Source of the DNA: Alphaproteobacteria bacterium
GTDB taxonomy: Bacteria > Pseudomonadota > Alphaproteobacteria > UBA828
Assembly (NCBI GenBank): GCA_965237415.1
Contig: CBDEFM010000002.1
Coordinates: 3,840,001 to 3,904,000, forward strand
Reading direction: 5' to 3'
Length of the DNA: 64,000 bases
Shown here: positions 60,502 to 64,000 of the stretch, piece after piece
Layout of the letters: every line of letters starts with the position of its first letter
How positions within the stretch are numbered: position 1 is the stretch's first letter
The notes under the pieces: model-generated
Databases searched by the model: none
The model's input: the letters and a program-made list of their open reading frames with translations, nothing else
Told to the model about the DNA's origin: nothing
Translations under genes and position numbers: made by a program

Positions 60502-62087
60502 TGGCGGATCAGGACAGCGCGGGCCTCGCCCGCATAGAGCTCCTCCAGGTGGCCGATGCCGTCGCCCGGGAGAAGGGGATCGAGCGCGAGCTCGTGCTCG
60601 AGGCGATGGAGCAGGCGATCACCCACGCCGGCAAGCGAAAGTACGGTCAGGAGCACGATATCCGCACCGATATCGACCGCGAGACCGGCGAGATCAAGCT
60701 GATGCGTTACCTGGAGGTCGCCGAAGAGATCGAGAACGAGGCCACCCAGATCCCGATCAGCGAGGCTCAGGAGCGGAACCCCGCCGCGCAGGTCGGCGAC
60801 TATCTGGCGGATCCGCTGCCGCCCATCGACTTCGGCCGCATCGCGGCGCAGACGGCGAAGCAGGTGATCGTCCAAAAGGTGCGCGAGGCCGAGCGGGCGC
60901 GTCAGTACGAGGAATACAAGGATCGCGTGCAGGAGATTGCGGGCGGCCTCGTCAAGCGCACCGAATATGGCGGGCTGACCGTCGACCTGGGCCGGGCCGA
61001 GGCGGTGATCCGCCGCGAAGACCTGCTGCCGCGCGAATCCTTTCGCAACGGCGATCGCGTGCGGGCTTACATCTACGACGTCCGCCGCGAACCGCGCGGG
61101 CCGCAGATCTTCATGTCCCGCACCCACCCCAACTTCATGTCCAAGCTCTTCGCCCAGGAAGTGCCGGAGATCTACGACAGCATCATCGAGATCGACGCCG
61201 TGGCCCGCGACCCCGGCAGCCGCGCCAAGATCGCCGTTCATTCCAACGACAGCAGCATCGATCCCGTCGGCGCCTGCGTCGGCATGCGCGGCTCCCGCGT
61301 GCAGGCGGTCGTCGGCGAGCTCCAGGGCGAGAAGATCGACATCATTCAGTGGTCGCCCGATCCTGCGGCGTTCATCGTCAACGCGCTGGCGCCGGCCGAG
61401 GTGACCAAGGTCGTGCTCGACGAGGAATCGAAGCGTATCGAGGTGGTGGTGCCGGATGAGCAGCTCTCGCTTGCCATCGGCCGGCGCGGGCAGAACGTTC
61501 GGCTCGCGTCCAACCTCACCGGCTGGGACATCGATATCCTGACCGAGGCCGAGGAATCGGAACGCCGTCAGGAAGAGTTCCACTCGCGCTCCGAGATGTT
61601 CATGGAGGCGCTCGACGTCGACGACGTGATCGCCCACCTGCTGGTGACGGAAGGGTTCTCCACCGTCGACGAGGTGGCCTACGCGCCGGTCGAGGAGCTG
61701 GCTGCGATCGAGGGCTTCGAGGAAGAGCTGGCGAGCGAGCTGGCCAACCGCGCCGCGGCCCATGTCGAAGCAACCAACCGCGAACTGAACGAACGTCGGC
61801 TCGAGCTCGGCGTCAGCGACGAGGTGGCCGCTATCGAGGGCCTGGATCCGGCGATCCTCGTCGCCCTCGGCGAGAACGGGGTCAAGACGCTGGACGATCT
61901 CGGCGATCTCGCCGGCGATGAGCTCATCGAGATCCTGGGCGACCTCGCGCCCTCGATCGACGAGGCCAACGCCGTCATCATGCTGGCGAGGGCCCACTGG
62001 TTCGGCGACGAAGAGCCGGTCGATGGCGCGGAGGCCGACGAGGCCGCCGAGGCCGCGGCCGACGAGCACGAGAGAGCGAACGTTTGA
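60498..62087 (+). CDS. nusA: Transcription termination factor NusA
   Basis: [48 protein letters not shown]. Confidence 0.98.
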   Translation: MMADQDSAGLARIELLQVADAVAREKGIERELVLEAMEQAITHAGKRKYGQEHDIRTDIDRETGEIKLMRYLEVAEEIENEATQIPISEAQERNPAAQVGDYLADPLPPIDFGRIAAQTAKQVIVQKVREAERARQYEEYKDRVQEIAGGLVKRTEYGGLTVDLGRAEAVIRREDLLPRESFRNGDRVRAYIYDVRREPRGPQIFMSRTHPNFMSKLFAQEVPEIYDSIIEIDAVARDPGSRAKIAVHSNDSSIDPVGACVGMRGSRVQAVVGELQGEKIDIIQWSPDPAAFIVNALAPAEVTKVVLDEESKRIEVVVPDEQLSLAIGRRGQNVRLASNLTGWDIDILTEAEESERRQEEFHSRSEMFMEALDVDDVIAHLLVTEGFSTVDEVAYAPVEELAAIEGFEEELASELANRAAAHVEATNRELNERRLELGVSDEVAAIEGLDPAILVALGENGVKTLDDLGDLAGDELIEILGDLAPSIDEANAVIMLARAHWFGDEEPVDGAEADEAAEAAADEHERANV

Positions 62088-62101
62088 CCGCGCGGGCACA
62101 C

Positions 62102-62710
62102 ATGCACGAGCGTCCGGCCTCGTCGGATGCCGGCTTCCGGCGCTGTATCGCGAGCGGCGTCAGCAGGCCCCGCGACGCCATGCTGCGCTTCGTGGTCGAC
62201 CCGGGCGGGGCGTTGGTGCTGGACCTCGGCGAATCGTTGCCTGGGCGGGGCCTTTGGGTCTCGGCCGAGCGCGCCGCGCTGGAAAAGGCCTGCGAGCGCG
62301 GGCTGTTCGCGCGCGCCGCACGCCGGCCGATTGCCGTGGCGCCCGCTCTGATCGACGAGGTGGAGCGGCAGTTGACCGCACGGGGGCTGGATATTCTGGG
62401 TTTGGCGCGGCGCGCAGGCGCTCTCGTCACGGGCTTCGACAAGGTGCAACGCGCGCTCGTAGAGCGGCGGGTGGCTGTCCTGGTCGAGGCGAGCGACGGC
62501 GCGCGGCACGGCCGGGCGCGCCTCGGCGCGCTCGCGCGGGACATTCCCGTGATCGCGCAATTCGACGGTGCCGCGTTGAGCCGCAGCCTGGGCCGTGAGA
62601 ATGTGGTGCACGCCGCGTTGGCGCCTGGCGGGCTCGCCGATCGTTTCCTTCGGGAATCAGCGCGGCTCGGTGGCGTGCGTGCAGAGTCCGGCGACCGGGA
62701 TAAGGCATAA
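62102..62710 (+). CDS. YlxR/DUF448 RNA-binding protein with L7Ae-like domain
   Basis: [17 protein letters not shown]; between nusA and infB. Confidence 0.92.
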   Translation: MHERPASSDAGFRRCIASGVSRPRDAMLRFVVDPGGALVLDLGESLPGRGLWVSAERAALEKACERGLFARAARRPIAVAPALIDEVERQLTARGLDILGLARRAGALVTGFDKVQRALVERRVAVLVEASDGARHGRARLGALARDIPVIAQFDGAALSRSLGRENVVHAALAPGGLADRFLRESARLGGVRAESGDRDKA

Positions 62711-64000
62711 TGAGTGACGAAACCGAAGCCGGTGATCAGGAGCGACGCAAGCCCTTGTCGTTGAAGCGACCGGGGCGACTCGAGCTCAAGGAGACGGTCG
62801 ACGCCGGCCAGGTGCGGCAAAGTTTTTCCCACGGCCGCAGCCGCGCTGTCGCCGTCGAGGTGCGCAAGAGCCGTACGCTGAAGCGTGGCCCTGCGGCCGA
62901 TGGGGCAGTGGCGCCCAAGCCGAAGGCAGCGCCCAGGGCAGCGCCGCCCGAGCCCGTGGCCGAGGCGCCGCCCCTGCCTCAGGATGACGTGTACCAAACT
63001 TCCAGGGCGCCACGCTCCCGGGTCGTTCTGCGCACGCTGACGAGCGACGAGAAGGCCGCCCGCGCGCGCGCCGTCGAGGACGCGGTGCGCTCTGAGCGTC
63101 AAGAGCGGGAGCGGGCGGTAGAGGAAGCCCGCCGGCGCGCTGTGGAGGAAGAACGACATGCCGCCGAGCACGCCCAGGCCGAGCGGCGGAAGAGCGAAGA
63201 GGACACCCGCCGCAAGGCCGAGGAAGATGCGCGCAAGAGGGCGGAGGAGGATGCCGCACGGAGGCTTCCACAGCCAGGGGAGCCCAAGGCGGAAGAAGCC
63301 GCCGCTCCGGGGGCGGCGGGCGCGGTACGACCCGCCCGGCCCGGCGCAGCCCCGGCGGAAGAGGAGCGCGGGAGACCCCGCCGTCGCGGCGAGCAGCGTC
63401 GCCCCGCCAGCCCTTCGCGGCGTGACCAGCCCCGCCGGCGCGGTGGCAAGATCAGGCTCTCGGAGGCCCTCGACGGCACCGTCGGCGAGCAGCGCGGCCG
63501 CAGCCTTGCGTCTCTGCGCCGCCAGCGCGAGCGCGAGAAGCGCCTTGCGCGAGAGGCGATGCGCGCCGACGGGCTCAAGCCCGTTGTGCGCGAGGTCGTG
63601 GTACCCGAGGCGATCACGGTGCAAGAGCTTGCGAGCCGCATGGCCGTGCGCGGCGCCGAGGTCGTAAAGCGCCTGATGGAGATGGGTACGATCGTGACCA
63701 TCACGCAATCGATCGATGCCGACACGGCGCAGCTCGCGGTCGAAGAGTTCGGCCACAAGGTCAGGCGCGTCAGCGAGGCCGATGTCGAGATCGGGCTCAA
63801 GGGCGAGGACGATACTATCGACGCTCTGCTCATCCGCTCGCCCGTGGTCACGGTCATGGGCCATGTCGATCACGGCAAGACGTCGCTGCTCGACGCCATT
63901 CGCTCCAGCGACGTTGTCTCCGGCGAGGCGGGCGGAATTACGCAGCACATCGGCGCCTACCAGGTGGAGACCCCCAGGGGCGCCCGCATCACCTTCATCG
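62710..64000 (+). CDS. infB: Translation initiation factor IF-2, 3' end outside the window
   Basis: [52 protein letters not shown]. Confidence 0.97.
   Translation, partial: MSDETEAGDQERRKPLSLKRPGRLELKETVDAGQVRQSFSHGRSRAVAVEVRKSRTLKRGPAADGAVAPKPKAAPRAAPPEPVAEAPPLPQDDVYQTSRAPRSRVVLRTLTSDEKAARARAVEDAVRSERQERERAVEEARRRAVEEERHAAEHAQAERRKSEEDTRRKAEEDARKRAEEDAARRLPQPGEPKAEEAAAPGAAGAVRPARPGAAPAEEERGRPRRRGEQRRPASPSRRDQPRRRGGKIRLSEALDGTVGEQRGRSLASLRRQREREKRLAREAMRADGLKPVVREVVVPEAITVQELASRMAVRGAEVVKRLMEMGTIVTITQSIDADTAQLAVEEFGHKVRRVSEADVEIGLKGEDDTIDALLIRSPVVTVMGHVDHGKTSLLDAIRSSDVVSGEAGGITQHIGAYQVETPRGARITFI

Overview
High-GC alphaproteobacterial chromosome segment; the Rhodospirillales-like, possibly host-associated assignment is inference. 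(1) 1-~12.1 kb is an accessory island: EEP nuclease, resolvase stub with res-like sites, GIY-YIG nuclease, a 184-bp MITE, a low-GC pair (secreted subtilase-like protein lacking its catalytic Asp/His segments plus secreted double-Trypco2 protein), IS scars, a DUF900-like hydrolase, three tandem tyrosine integrases plus a fourth remnant, and an orphan Mu Gp27/DUF3486 gene. (2) Core thrC-M16 peptidase-tusA-rimJ, then an 8.1-kb CTAG-bounded stack of IS1182 elements enclosing MMPL + GPP34 genes, then yqgE. (3) A ~33-kb catabolic region (Liv-type ABC transporter, CoxL/CoxM-like molybdoenzyme subunits, crotonases, CoA-transferase, PrpB-like lyase, two LLMs, cyclic amidohydrolases, carbamoylase, isochorismatase, PcaD-like hydrolase), interrupted by two IS481 copies, HicAB and a low-GC SAMHD1-like HD + DUF4065/YwgA-like cassette. 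(4) Core metK (frameshifted by a 149-bp mosaic insertion), trmB, rimP, nusA, ylxR, infB (partial). No tRNA, rRNA or CRISPR array seen. Best candidates for undescribed systems are the S8-like/2xTrypco2 pair and the HD/DUF4065-like cassette. All family calls come from motif recognition by eye, not database searches.
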